From NCBI GenBank assembly GCA_964016885.1, contig OZ024740.1:429412001-429476000 (forward strand): 64,000 bases of DNA, written 5' to 3'. Positions 1-15,000 of the stretch are shown here, piece by piece. Position 1 is the first letter of the stretch; every line of letters begins with the position of its first letter. Below the pieces are notes generated by a model. It was not told the DNA's origin, searched no databases, and was given only the letters and a program-made list of their open reading frames with translations. Both the position numbers and the translations under genes were made by a program. Origin of the DNA: Eledone cirrhosa (Eukaryota).

Positions 1-3000
1 CTTGACCTTCGTTCTTTGCCTAAGTTCTCGTCTCACCGAGAGTATATCATTTCCATCATATATTACCGCTTGACCTTCGTTCTTTGCCTAAGTTCTCGTC
101 TCATCGAGAGTATATCATCTCCATCATATATTACCGCTTGACCTTCGTTCTTTGCCTAAGTTCTCGTCTCACCGAGAGTATATCACCTCCATCATATATT
201 ACCGCTTGACCTTCGTTCTTTGCCTAAGTTCTCGTCTCACCGAGAGTATATCATCTCCATCATATATTACCGCTTGACCTTCGTTCTTTGCCTAAGTTCT
301 CGTCTCACCGAGAGTATATCACCTCCATCATATATTACCGCTTGACCTTCGTTTTTTGCCTAAGTTCTCGTCTCACCGAGAGTATATCATCTCCATCATA
401 TATAACCGCTTGACCTTCGTTCTTTGCTTAAGTTCTCGTCTCACCGAGAGAATATCACCTCCATCATATATTACCGCTTGACCTTCGTTCTTTGCCTAAG
501 TTGTCGTCTCACCGAGAGTATATGATCTCCATCATATATTACCGCTTGACCTTCGTTCTTTGCCTAAGTTCTCGTCTCACCGACAGTATATCACCTCCAT
601 CATATATTTCCGCTTGACCTTCGTTCTTTGCCTAAGTTCTCGTCTCACCGAGAGTATATCACCTCCATCATATATTACCGCTTGACCTTCGTTCTTTGCC
701 TAAGTTCTCGTCTCACCGAGAGTATATCACCTCCATCATATATTACCGCTTGACCTTCGTTCTTTGCCTAAGTTCTCGTCTCAGCGAGAGTATATCATCT
801 CCATCATATATTACCGCTTGACCTTCGTTCTTTGCCTAAGTTCTCGTCTCACCGAGAGTATATCACCTCCATCATATATTACCGCTTGACCTTCGTTCTT
901 TGCCTGAGTTCTCGTCTCACCGAGAGTATATCACCTCCATCATATATTACCGCTTGACCTTCGTTCTTTGCCTAAGTTCTCGTCTCACCGAGAGTATATC
1001 ATTTCCATCATATATTACCGCTTGACCTTCGTTCTTTGCCTAAGTTCTCGTCTCACCGAGAGTATATCATCTCCATCATATATTACCGCTTGACCTTCGT
1101 TCTTTGCCTAAGTTCTCGTCTCACCGAGAGTATATCATTTCCATCATATATTACAGCGTGACCTTCGTTCTTTGCCTAAGTTCTCGTCTCACCGAGAGTA
1201 TATCATCTCCATCATATATTACCGCTTGACCTTCGTTCTTTGCCTAAGTTCTCGTCTCACCGAGAGTATATCACCTCCATCATATATTACCGCTTGACCT
1301 TCGTTCTTTGCCTAAGTTCTCGTCTCACCGAGAGTATATCACCTCCATCATATATTACCGCTTGACCTTCGTTCTTTGCCTAAGTTCTCGTCTCACCGAG
1401 AGTATATCATTTCCATCATATATTACCGCTTGACCTTCGTTCTTTGCCTAAGTTCTCGTCTCATCGAGAGTATATCATCTCCATCATATATTACCGCTTG
1501 ACCTTCGTTCTTTGCCTAAGTTCTCGTCTCACCGAGAGTATATCACCTCCATCATATATTACCGCTTGACCTTCGTTCTTTGCCTAAGTTCTCGTCTCAC
1601 CGAGAGTATATCATCTCCATCATATATTACCGCTTGACCTTCGTTCTTTGCCTAAGTTCTCGTCTCACCGAGAGTATATCACCTCCATCATATATTACCG
1701 CTTGACCTTCGTTCTTTGCCTAAGTTCTCGTTTCACCGAGAGTATATCATCTCCATCATATCTTACCGCATTACCTTCGTTCCTGCCTAAGTTCTCGTTT
1801 CACCGAGAGTATATCATCTCCATCATATATTACCGCTTGACCTTCGTTCTTTGCCTAAGTTCTCGTCTCACCGAGAGTATATCACCTCCATCATATATTA
1901 CCGCTTGACCTTCGTTCTTTGCCTAAGTTCTCGTTTCACCGAGAGTATATCATCTCCATCATATCTTACCGCATTACCTTCGTTCCTGCCTAAGTTCTCG
2001 TTTCACCGAGAGTATATCATCTCCATCATATATTACCGCTTGACCTTCGTTCTTTGCCTAAGTTCTCGTCTCACCGAGAGTATATCATCTCCATCATATA
2101 TTACCGCTTGACCTTCGTTCTTTGCCTAAGTTCTCGTCTCATCGAGAGTATATCACCTCCATCATATATTACCGCTTGACCTTCGTTCTTTGCCTAAGTT
2201 GTCGTCTCACCGAGAGTATATCACCTCCATCATATATTACCGCTTGAACTTCGTTCTTTGCCTAAGTTCTCGTCTCACCGAGAGTATATCACCTCCATCA
2301 TATATTACCGCTTGACCTTCGTTCTTTGCCTAAGTTGTCGTCTCACCGAGAGTATATCATCTCCATCATATATTACCGCTTGACCTTCGTTCTTTGCCTA
2401 AGTTCTCGTCTCACCGAGAGTATATCACCTCCATCATATATTACCGCTTGACCTTCGTTCTTTGCCTAAGTTCTCGTCTCACCGAGAGTATATCATCTCC
2501 ATCATATATTACCGCTTGACCTTCGTTCTTTGCTTAAGTTCTCGTCTCACCGAGAGTATATCACCTCCATCATATATTACCGCTTGACCTTCGTTCTTTG
2601 CCTAAGTTGTCGTCTCACCGAGAGTATATGATCTCCATCATATATTGCCGCTTGACCTTCGTTCTTTGCCTAAGTTCTCGTCTCACCGACAGTATATCAC
2701 CTCCATCATATATTACCGCTTGACCTTCGTTCTTTGCCTAAGTTCTCGTCTCACCGAGAGTATATCATCTCCATCATATATTACCGCTTGAACTTCGTTC
2801 TTTGCCTAAGTTCTCGTCTCACCGAGAGTATATCATCTCCATCATATATTACAGCGTGACCTTCGTTCTTTGCCTAAGTTCTCGTCTCACCGAGAGTATA
2901 TCATCTCCATCATATATTACCGCTTGACCTTCGTTCTTTGCCTAAGTTCTCGTCTCACCGAGAGTATATCACATCCATCATATATTACCGCTTGACATTC

Positions 3001-6000
3001 GTTCTTTGCATAAGTTCTCGTTGCACCGAGAGTATATCATCTCCATCATATCTTACCGCATGACCTTCGTTCCTGCCTAAGTTCTCGTTTCACCGAGAGT
3101 ATATCATCTCCATCATATATTACCGCTTGACCTTCGTTCTTTGCCTAAGTTCTCGTCTCACCGAGAGTATATCATCTCCATCATATATTACCGCTTGACC
3201 TTCGTTCTTTGCCTAAGTTCTCGTTTCACCGAGAGTATATCACCTCCATCATATATTACAGCGTGACCTTCGTTCTTTGCCTAAGTTCTCGTCTCACCGA
3301 GAGTATATCATCTCCATCATATATTACCGCTTGACCTTCGTTCTTTGCCTAAGTTCTCGTCTCATCGAGAGTATATCACCTCCATCATATATTACCGCTT
3401 GACCTTCGTTCTTTGCCTAAGTTGTCGTCTCATCGAGAGTATATCACCTCCATCATATATTACCGATTGACCTTCGTTCTTTGCCTAAGTTCTCGTCTCA
3501 CCGAGAGTATATCACCTCCATCATGTATTACCGCTTGACCTTCGTTCTTTGCCTAAGTTGTCGTCTCACCGAGAGTATATCATCTCCATCATATATTACC
3601 GCTTGACCTTCGTTCTTTGCCTAAGTTCTCGTCTCACCGAGAGTATATCACCTCCGTCATATATTACCGCATGACCTTCGTTCTTTGCCTAAGTTCTCGT
3701 CTCACCGAGAGTATATCATCTCCATCATATATTACCGCTTGACCTTCGTTCTTTGCTTAAGTTCTCGTCTCACCGAGAGTATATCACCTCCATCATATAT
3801 TACCGCTTGACCTTCGTTCTTTGCCTAAGTTGTTATCTCACCGAGAGTATATGATCTCCATCATATATTACCGCTTGACCTTCGTTCTTTGCCTAAGTTC
3901 TCGTCTCACCGACAGTATATCACCTCCATCATATATTACCGCTTGACCTTCGTTCTTTGCCTAAGTTCTCGTCTCACCGAGAGTATATCACCTCCATCAT
4001 ATATTACCGCTTGACCTTCGTTCTTTGCCTAAGTTCTCGTCTCACCGAGAGTATATCACCTCCATCATATATTACCGCTTGACCTTCGTTCTTTGCCTAA
4101 GTTCTCGTCTCACCGAGAGTATATCATCTCCATCATATATTACCGCTTGACCTTCGTTCTTTGCCTAAGTTCTCGTCTCACCGAGAGTATATCATCTCCA
4201 TCATATATTACAGCGTGACCTTCGTTCTTTGCCTAAGTTCTCGTCTCACCGAGAGTATATCATCTCCATCATATATTACCGCTTGACCTTCGTTCTTTGC
4301 CTAAGTTCTCGTTGCACCGAGAGTATATCATCTCCATCATATCTTACCGCATGACCTTCGTTCCTGCCTAAGTTCTCGTTTCACCGAGAGTATATCATCT
4401 CCATCATATATTACCGCTTGACCTTCGTTCTTTGCCTAAGTTCTCGTCTCACCGAGAGTATATCATCTCCATCATATATTACCGCTTGACCTTCGTTCTT
4501 TGCCTAAGTTCTCGTTTCACCGAGAGTATATCACCTCCATCATATATTACAGCGTGACCTTCGTTCTTTGCCTAAGTTCTCGTCTCACCGAGAGTATATC
4601 ATCTCCATCATATATTACCGCTTGACCTTCGTTCTTTGCCTAAGTTCTCGTCTCATCGAGAGTATATCACCTCCATCATATATTACCGATTGACCTTCGT
4701 TCTTTGCCTAAGTTCTCGTCTCACCGAGAGTATATCACCTCCATCATATATTACCGCTTGACCTTCGTTCTTTGCCTAAGTTGTCGTCTCACCGAGAGTA
4801 TATCATCTCCATCATATATTACCGCTTGACCTTCGTTCTTTGCCTAAGTTCTCGTCTCACCGAGAGTATATCACCTCCATCATATATTACCGCTTGACCT
4901 TCGTTCTTTGCCTAAGTTGTCGTCTCACCGAGAGTATATGATCTCCATCATATATTACCGCTTGACCTTCGTTCTTTGCCTAAGTTCTCGTCTCACCGAC
5001 AGTATATCACCTCCATCATATATTACCGCTTGACCTTCGTTCTTTGCCTAAGTTCTCGTCTCACCGAGAGTATATCACCTCCATCATATATTACCGCTTG
5101 ACCTTCGTTCTTTGCCTAAGTTCTCGTCTCACCGAGAGTATATCACCTCCATCATATATTACCGCTTGACCTTCGTTCTTTGCCTAAGTTCTCGTCTCAC
5201 CGAGAGTATATCATCTCCATCATATATTACCGCTTGACCTTCGTTCTTTGCCTAAGTTCTCGTCTCACCGAGAGTATATCACCTCCATCATATATTACCG
5301 CTTGACCTTCGTTCTTTGCCTAAGTTCTCGTTTCACCGAGAGTATATCATCTCCATCATATCTTACCGCATGACCTTCGTTCCTGCCTAAGTTCTCGTTT
5401 CACCGAGAGTATATCACCTCCATCATATATTACCGCTTGACCTTCGTTCTTTGCCTAAGTTCTCGTCTCACCGAGAGTATATCATCTCCATCATATACTA
5501 CCGCTTGACCTTCGTTCTTTGCCTAAGTTCTCGTTTCACCGAGAGTATATGACCTCCATCATATATTACCGCTTGACCTTCGTTCCTGCCTAAGTTCTCG
5601 TTTCACCGAGAGTATATCATCTCCATCATATATTACCGCTTGACCTTCGTTCTTTGCCTAAGTTCTCGTCTCACCGAGAGTATATCACCTCCATCATATA
5701 TTACCGCTATACCTTCGTTCTTTGCCTAAGTTCTCGTTTCACCGAGAGTATATCATCTCCATCATATCTTACCGCATGACCTTCGTTCCTGCCTAAGTTC
5801 TCGTTTCACCGAGAGTATATCATCTCCATCATATATTACCGCTTGACCTTCGTTCTTTGCCTAAGTTCTCGTCTCACCGAGAGTATATCATCTCCATCAT
5901 ATATTACCGCTTGACCTTCGTTCTTTGCCTAAGTTCTCGTCTCACCGAGAGTATATCACCTCCATCATATATTACCGCTTGACCTTCGTTCTTTGCCTGA

Positions 6001-9000
6001 GTTCTCGTCTCACCGAGAGTATATCACCTCCATCATATATTACCGCTTGACCTTCGTTCTTTGCCTAAGTTCTCGTCTCACCGAGAGTATATCATTTCCA
6101 TCATATATTACCGCTTGACCTTCGTTCTTTGCCTAAGTTCTCGTCTCACCGAGAGTATATCATCTCCATCATATATTACCGCTTGACCTTCGTTCTTTGC
6201 CTAAGTTCTCGTCTCACCGAGAGTATATCATTTCCATCATATATTACAGCGTGACCTTCGTTCTTTGCCTAAGTTCTCGTCTCACCGAGAGTATATCATC
6301 TCCATCATATATTACCGCTTGACCTTCGTTCTTTGCCTAAGTTCTCGTCTCACCGAGAGTATATCACCTCCATCATATATTACCGCTTGACCTTCGTTCT
6401 TTGCCTAAGTTCTCGTCTCACCGAGAGTATATCACCTCCATCATATATTACCGCTTGACCTTCGTTCTTTGCCTAAGTTCTCGTCTCACCGAGAGTATAT
6501 CATTTCCATCATATATTACCGCTTGACCTTCGTTCTTTGCCTAAGTTCTCGTCTCATCGAGAGTATATCATCTCCATCATATATTACCGCTTGACCTTCG
6601 TTCTTTGCCTAAGTTCTCGTCTCACCGAGAGTATATCACCTCCATCATATATTACCGCTTGACCTTCGTTCTTTGCCTAAGTTCTCGTCTCACCGAGAGT
6701 ATATCATCTCCATCATATATTACCGCTTGACCTTCGTTCTTTGCCTAAGTTCTCGTCTCACCGAGAGTATATCACCTCCATCATATATTACCGCTTGACC
6801 TTCGTTCTTTGCCTAAGTTCTCGTTTCACCGAGAGTATATCATCTCCATCATATCTTACCGCATTACCTTCGTTCCTGCCTAAGTTCTCGTTTCACCGAG
6901 AGTATATCATCTCCATCATATATTACCGCTTGACCTTCGTTCTTTGCCTAAGTTCTCGTCTCACCGAGAGTATATCACCTCCATCATATATTACCGCTTG
7001 ACCTTCGTTCTTTGCCTAAGTTCTCGTTTCACCGAGAGTATATCATCTCCATCATATCTTACCGCATTACCTTCGTTCCTGCCTAAGTTCTCGTTTCACC
7101 GAGAGTATATCATCTCCATCATATATTACCGCTTGACCTTCGTTCTTTGCCTAAGTTCTCGTCTCACCGAGAGTATATCATCTCCATCATATATTACCGC
7201 TTGACCTTCGTTCTTTGCCTAAGTTCTCGTCTCATCGAGAGTATATCACCTCCATCATATATTACCGCTTGACCTTCGTTCTTTGCCTAAGTTGTCGTCT
7301 CACCGAGAGTATATCACCTCCATCATATATTACCGCTTGAACTTCGTTCTTTGCCTAAGTTCTCGTCTCACCGAGAGTATATCACCTCCATCATATATTA
7401 CCGCTTGACCTTCGTTCTTTGCCTAAGTTGTCGTCTCACCGAGAGTATATCATCTCCATCATATATTACCGCTTGACCTTCGTTCTTTGCCTAAGTTCTC
7501 GTCTCACCGAGAGTATATCACCTCCATCATATATTACCGCTTGACCTTCGTTCTTTGCCTAAGTTCTCGTCTCACCGAGAGTATATCATCTCCATCATAT
7601 ATTACCGCTTGACCTTCGTTCTTTGCTTAAGTTCTCGTCTCACCGAGAGTATATCACCTCCATCATATATTACCGCTTGACCTTCGTTCTTTGCCTAAGT
7701 TGTCGTCTCACCGAGAGTATATGATCTCCATCATATATTGCCGCTTGACCTTCGTTCTTTGCCTAAGTTCTCGTCTCACCGACAGTATATCACCTCCATC
7801 ATATATTACCGCTTGACCTTCGTTCTTTGCCTAAGTTCTCGTCTCACCGAGAGTATATCATCTCCATCATATATTACCGCTTGACCTTCGTTCTTTGCCT
7901 AAGTTCTCGTCTCACCGAGAGTATATCATCTCCATCATATATTACAGCGTGACCTTCGTTCTTTGCCTAAGTTCTCGTCTCACCGAGAGTATATCATCTC
8001 CATCATATATTACCGCTTGACCTTCGTTCTTTGCCTAAGTTCTCGTCTCACCGAGAGTATATCACATCCATCATATATTACCGCTTGACATTCGTTCTTT
8101 GCATAAGTTCTCGTTGCACCGAGAGTATATCATCTCCATCATATCTTACCGCATGACCTTCGTTCCTGCCTAAGTTCTCGTTTCACCGAGAGTATATCAT
8201 CTCCATCATATATTACCGCTTGACCTTCGTTCTTTGCCTAAGTTCTCGTCTCACCGAGAGTATATCATCTCCATCATATATTACCGCTTGACCTTCGTTC
8301 TTTGCCTAAGTTCTCGTTTCACCGAGAGTATATCACCTCCATCATATATTACAGCGTGACCTTCGTTCTTTGCCTAAGTTCTCGTCTCACCGAGAGTATA
8401 TCATCTCCATCATATATTACCGCTTGACCTTCGTTCTTTGCCTAAGTTCTCGTCTCATCGAGAGTATATCACCTCCATCATATATTACCGCTTGACCTTC
8501 GTTCTTTGCCTAAGTTGTCGTCTCATCGAGAGTATATCACCTCCATCATATATTACCGATTGACCTTCGTTCTTTGCCTAAGTTCTCGTCTCACCGAGAG
8601 TATATCACCTCCATCATGTATTACCGCTTGACCTTCGTTCTTTGCCTAAGTTGTCGTCTCACCGAGAGTATATCATCTCCATCATATATTACCGCTTGAC
8701 CTTCGTTCTTTGCCTAAGTTCTCGTCTCACCGAGAGTATATCACCTCCGTCATATATTACCGCATGACCTTCGTTCTTTGCCTAAGTTCTCGTCTCACCG
8801 AGAGTATATCATCTCCATCATATATTACCGCTTGACCTTCGTTCTTTGCTTAAGTTCTCGTCTCACCGAGAGTATATCACCTCCATCATATATTACCGCT
8901 TGACCTTCGTTCTTTGCCTAAGTTGTTATCTCACCGAGAGTATATGATCTCCATCATATATTACCGCTTGACCTTCGTTCTTTGCCTAAGTTCTCGTCTC

Positions 9001-12000
9001 ACCGACAGTATATCACCTCCATCATATATTACCGCTTGACCTTCGTTCTTTGCCTAAGTTCTCGTCTCACCGAGAGTATATCACCTCCATCATATATTAC
9101 CGCTTGACCTTCGTTCTTTGCCTAAGTTCTCGTCTCACCGAGAGTATATCACCTCCATCATATATTACCGCTTGACCTTCGTTCTTTGCCTAAGTTCTCG
9201 TCTCACCGAGAGTATATCATCTCCATCATATATTACCGCTTGACCTTCGTTCTTTGCCTAAGTTCTCGTCTCACCGAGAGTATATCATCTCCATCATATA
9301 TTACAGCGTGACCTTCGTTCTTTGCCTAAGTTCTCGTCTCACCGAGAGTATATCATCTCCATCATATATTACCGCTTGACCTTCGTTCTTTGCCTAAGTT
9401 CTCGTTGCACCGAGAGTATATCATCTCCATCATATCTTACCGCATGACCTTCGTTCCTGCCTAAGTTCTCGTTTCACCGAGAGTATATCATCTCCATCAT
9501 ATATTACCGCTTGACCTTCGTTCTTTGCCTAAGTTCTCGTCTCACCGAGAGTATATCATCTCCATCATATATTACCGCTTGACCTTCGTTCTTTGCCTAA
9601 GTTCTCGTTTCACCGAGAGTATATCACCTCCATCATATATTACAGCGTGACCTTCGTTCTTTGCCTAAGTTCTCGTCTCACCGAGAGTATATCATCTCCA
9701 TCATATATTACCGCTTGACCTTCGTTCTTTGCCTAAGTTCTCGTCTCATCGAGAGTATATCACCTCCATCATATATTACCGATTGACCTTCGTTCTTTGC
9801 CTAAGTTCTCGTCTCACCGAGAGTATATCACCTCCATCATATATTACCGCTTGACCTTCGTTCTTTGCCTAAGTTGTCGTCTCACCGAGAGTATATCATC
9901 TCCATCATATATTACCGCTTGACCTTCGTTCTTTGCCTAAGTTCTCGTCTCACCGAGAGTATATCACCTCCATCATATATTACCGCTTGACCTTCGTTCT
10001 TTGCCTAAGTTGTCGTCTCACCGAGAGTATATGATCTCCATCATATATTACCGCTTGACCTTCGTTCTTTGCCTAAGTTCTCGTCTCACCGACAGTATAT
10101 CACCTCCATCATATATTACCGCTTGACCTTCGTTCTTTGCCTAAGTTCTCGTCTCACCGAGAGTATATCACCTCCATCATATATTACCGCTTGACCTTCG
10201 TTCTTTGCCTAAGTTCTCGTCTCACCGAGAGTATATCACCTCCATCATATATTACCGCTTGACCTTCGTTCTTTGCCTAAGTTCTCGTCTCACCGAGAGT
10301 ATATCATCTCCATCATATATTACCGCTTGACCTTCGTTCTTTGCCTAAGTTCTCGTCTCACCGAGAGTATATCACCTCCATCATATATTACCGCTTGACC
10401 TTCGTTCTTTGCCTAAGTTCTCGTTTCACCGAGAGTATATCATCTCCATCATATCTTACCGCATGACCTTCGTTCCTGCCTAAGTTCTCGTTTCACCGAG
10501 AGTATATCATCTCCATCATATATTACCGCTTGACCTTCGTTCTTTGCCTAAGTTCTCGTCTCACCGAGAGTATATCATCTCCATCATATACTACCGCTTG
10601 ACCTTCGTTCTTTGCCTAAGTTCTCGTTTCACCGAGAGTATATGACCTCCATCATATATTACCGCTTGACCTTCGTTCCTGCCTAAGTTCTCGTTTCACC
10701 GAGAGTATATCATCTCCATCATATATTACCGCTTGACCTTCGTTCTTTGCCTAAGTTCTCGTCTCACCGAGAGTATATCACCTCCATCATATATTACCGC
10801 TATACCTTCGTTCTTTGCCTAAGTTCTCGTTTCACCGAGAGTATATCATCTCCATCATATCTTACCGCATGACCTTCGTTCCTGCCTAAGTTCTCGTTTC
10901 ACCGAGAGTATATCATCTCCATCATATATTACCGCTTGACCTTCGTTCTTTGCCTAAGTTCTCGTCTCACCGAGAGTATATCATCTCCATCATATATTAC
11001 CGCTTGACCTTCGTTCTTTGCCTAAGTTCTCGTCTCATCGAGAGTATATCACCTCCATCATTTATTACCGCTTGACCTTCGTTCTTTGCCTAAGTTGTCG
11101 TCTCACCGAGAGTATATGACCTCCATCATATATTACCGCTTGAACTTCGTTCTTTGCCTAAGTTCTCGTCTCACCGAGAGTATATCACCTCCATCATATA
11201 TTACCGCTTGACCTTCGTTCTTTGCCTAAGTTGTCGTCTCACCGAGAGTATATCATCTCCATCATATATTACCGCTTGACCTTCGTTCTTTGCCTAAGTT
11301 CTCGTCTCACCGAGAGTATATCACCTCCATCATATATTACCGCTTGACCTTCGTTCTTTGCCTAAGTTCTCGTCTCACCGAGAGTATATCATCTCCATCA
11401 TATATTACCGCTTGACCTTCGTTCTTTGCTTAAGTTCTCGTCTCACCGAGAGAATATCACCTCCATCATATATTACCGCTTGACCTTCGTTCTTTGCCTA
11501 AGTTCTCGTCTCACCGACAGTATATCACCTCCATCATATATTACCGCTTGACCTTCGTTCTTTGCCTAAGTTCTCGTCTCACCGAGAGTATATCACCTCC
11601 ATCATATATTACCGCTTGACCTTCGTTCTTTGCCTAAGTTCTCGTCTCACCGAGAGTATATCACCTCCATCATATATTACCGCTTGACCTTCGTTCTTTG
11701 CCTAAGTTCTCGTCTCACCGAGAGTATATCATCTCCATCATATATTACCGCTTGACCTTCGTTCTTTGCCTAAGTTCTCGTCTCACCGAGAGTATATCAC
11801 CTCCATCATATATTACCGCTTGACCTTCGTTCTTTGCCTGAGTTCTCGTCTCACCGAGAGTATATCACCTCCATCATATATTACCGCTTGACCTTCGTTC
11901 TTTGCCTAAGTTCTCGTCTCACCGAGAGTATATCATTTCCATTATATATTACCGCTTGACCTTCGTTCTTTGCCTAAGTTCTCGTCTCACCGAGAGTATA

Positions 12001-15000
12001 TCATCTCCATCATATATTACCGCTTGACCTTCGTTCTTTGCCTAAGTTCTCGTCTCACCGAGAGTATATCATCTCCATCATATATTACAGCGTGACCTTC
12101 GTTCTTTGCCTAAGTTCTCGTCTCACCGAGAGTATATCATCTCCATCATATATTACCGCTTGACCTTCGTTCTTTGCCTAAGTTCTCGTCTCACCGAGAG
12201 TATATCACCTCCATCATATATTACCGCTTGACCTTCGTTCTTTGCCTAAGTTCTCGTCTCACCGAGAGTATATCATTTCCATCATATATTACCGCTTGAC
12301 CTTCGTTCTTTGCCTAAGTTCTCGTCTCATCGAGAGTATATCATCTCCATCATATATTACCGCTTGACCTTCGTTCTTTGCCTAAGTTCTCGTCTCACCG
12401 AGAGTATATCACCTCCATCATATATTACCGCTTGACCTTCGTTCTTTGCCTAAGTTCTCGTCTCACCGAGAGTATATCATCTCCATCATATATTACCGCT
12501 TGACCTTCGTTCTTTGCCTAAGTTCTCGTCTCACCGAGAGTATATCACCTCCATCATATATTACCGCTTGACCTTCGTTCTTTGCCTAAGTTCTCGTCTC
12601 ACCGAGAGTATATCATCTCCATCATATATTACCGCTTGACCTTCGTTCTTTGCTTAAGTTCTCGTCTCACCGAGAGAATATCACCTCCATCATATATTAC
12701 CGCTTGACCTTCGTTCTTTGCCTAAGTTGTCGTCTCACCGAGAGTATATGATCTCCATCATATATTACCGCTTGACCTTCGTTCTTTGCCTAAGTTCTCG
12801 TCTCACCGACAGTATATCACCTCCATCATATATTACCGCTTGACCTTCGTTCTTTGCCTAAGTTCTCGTCTCACCGAGAGTATATCACCTCCATCATATA
12901 TTACCGCTTGACCTTCGTTCTTTGCCTAAGTTCTCGTCTCACCGAGAGTATATCACCTCCATCATATATTACCGCTTGACCTTCGTTCTTTGCCTAAGTT
13001 CTCGTCTCAGCGAGAGTATATCATCTCAATCATATATTACCGCTTGACCTTCGTTCTTTGCCTAAGTTCTCGTCTCACCGAGAGTATATCACCTCCATCA
13101 TATATTACCGCTTGACCTTCGTTCTTTGCCTGAGTTCTCGTCTCACCGAGAGTATATCACCTCCATCATATATTACCGCTTGACCTTCGTTCTTTGCCTA
13201 AGTTCTCGTCTCACCGAGAGTATATCATTTCCATCATATATTACCGCTTGACCTTCGTTCTTTGCCTAAGTTCTCGTCTCACCGAGAGTATATCATCTCC
13301 ATCATATATTACCGCTTGACCTTCGTTCTTTGCCTAAGTTCTCGTCTCACCGAGAGTATATCATTTCCATCATATATTACAGCGTGACCTTCGTTCTTTG
13401 CCTAAGTTCTCGTCTCACCGAGAGTATATCATCTCCATCATATATTACCGCTTGACTTTCGTTCTTTGCCTAAGTTCTCGTCTCACCGAGAGTATATCAC
13501 CTCCATCATATATTACCGCTTGACCTTCGTTCTTTGCCTAAGTTCTCGTCTCACCGAGAGTATATCACCTCCATCATATATTACCGCTTGACCTTCGTTC
13601 TTTGCCTAAGTTCTCGTCTCACCGAGAGTATATCATTTCCATCATATATTACCGCTTGACCTTCGTTCTTTGCCTAAGTTCTCGTCTCATCGAGAGTATA
13701 TCATCTCCATCATATATTACCGCTTGACCTTCGTTCTTTGCCTAAGTTCTCGTCTCACCGAGAGTATATCACCTCCATCATATATTACCGCTTGACCTTC
13801 GTTCTTTGCCTAAGTTCTCGTCTCACCGAGAGTATATCATCTCCATCATATATTACCGCTTGACCTTCGTTCTTTGCCTAAGTTCTCGTCTCACCGAGAG
13901 TATATCACCTCCATCATATATTACCGCTTGACCTTCGTTCTTTGCCTAAGTTCTCATTTCACCGAGAGTATATCATCTCCATCATATCTTACCGCATGAC
14001 CTTCGTTCCTGCCTAAGTTCTCGTTTCACCGAGAGTATATCATCTCCATCATATATTACCGCTTGACCTTCGTTCTTTGCCTAAGTTCTCGTCTCACCGA
14101 GAGTATATCATCTCCATCATATATTACCGCTTGACCTTCGTTCTTTGCCTAAGTTCTCGTTTCACCGAGAGTATATCACCTCCATCATATATTACCGCTT
14201 GACCTTCGTTCCTGCCTAAGTTCTCGTTTCACCGAGAGTATATCATCTCCATCATATATTACCGCTTGACCTTCGTTCTTTGCCTAAGTTCTCGTCTCAC
14301 CGAGAGTATATGATCTCCATCATATATTGCCGCTTGACCTTCGTTCTTTGCCTAAGTTCTCGTCTCACCGACAGTATATCACCTTCATCATATATTACCG
14401 CTTGACCTTCGTTCTTTGCCTAAGTTCTCGTCTCACCGAGAGTATATCACCTCCATCATATATTACCGCTTGACCTTCGTTCTTTGCCTAAGTTCTCGTC
14501 TCACCGAGAGTGTATCACCTCCATCATATATTACCGCTTGACATTCGTTCTTTGCCTAAGTTCTCGTTGCACCGAGAGTATATCATCTCCATCATATCTT
14601 ACCGCATGACCTTCGTTCCTGCCTAAGTTCTCGTTTCACCGAGAGTATATCATCTCCATCATATATTACCGCTTGACCTTCGTTCTTTGCCTAAGTTCTC
14701 GTCTCACCGAGAGTATATCATCTCCATCATATATTACCGCTTGACCTTCGTTCTTTGCCTAAGTTCTCGTTTCACCGAGAGTATATCACCTCCATCATAT
14801 ATTACAGCGTGACCTTCGTTCTTTGCCTAAGTTCTCGTCTCACCGAGAGTATATCATCTCCATCATATATTACCGCTTGACCTTCGTTCTTTGCCTAAGT
14901 TCTCGTCTCATCGAGAGTATATCACCTCCATCATATATTACCGCTTGACCTTCGTTCTTTGCCTAAGTTGTCGTCTCATCGAGAGTATATCACCTCCATC

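Noticed and set aside
7-23. CENP-B box (CTTCGTT)
   Set aside because: Only the first half matches; the A and CGGG positions are absent
1648-7204. 86-aa ORFs in the satellite
   Set aside because: Chance read-through where variants remove stops; the 68-bp unit shifts frame every monomer
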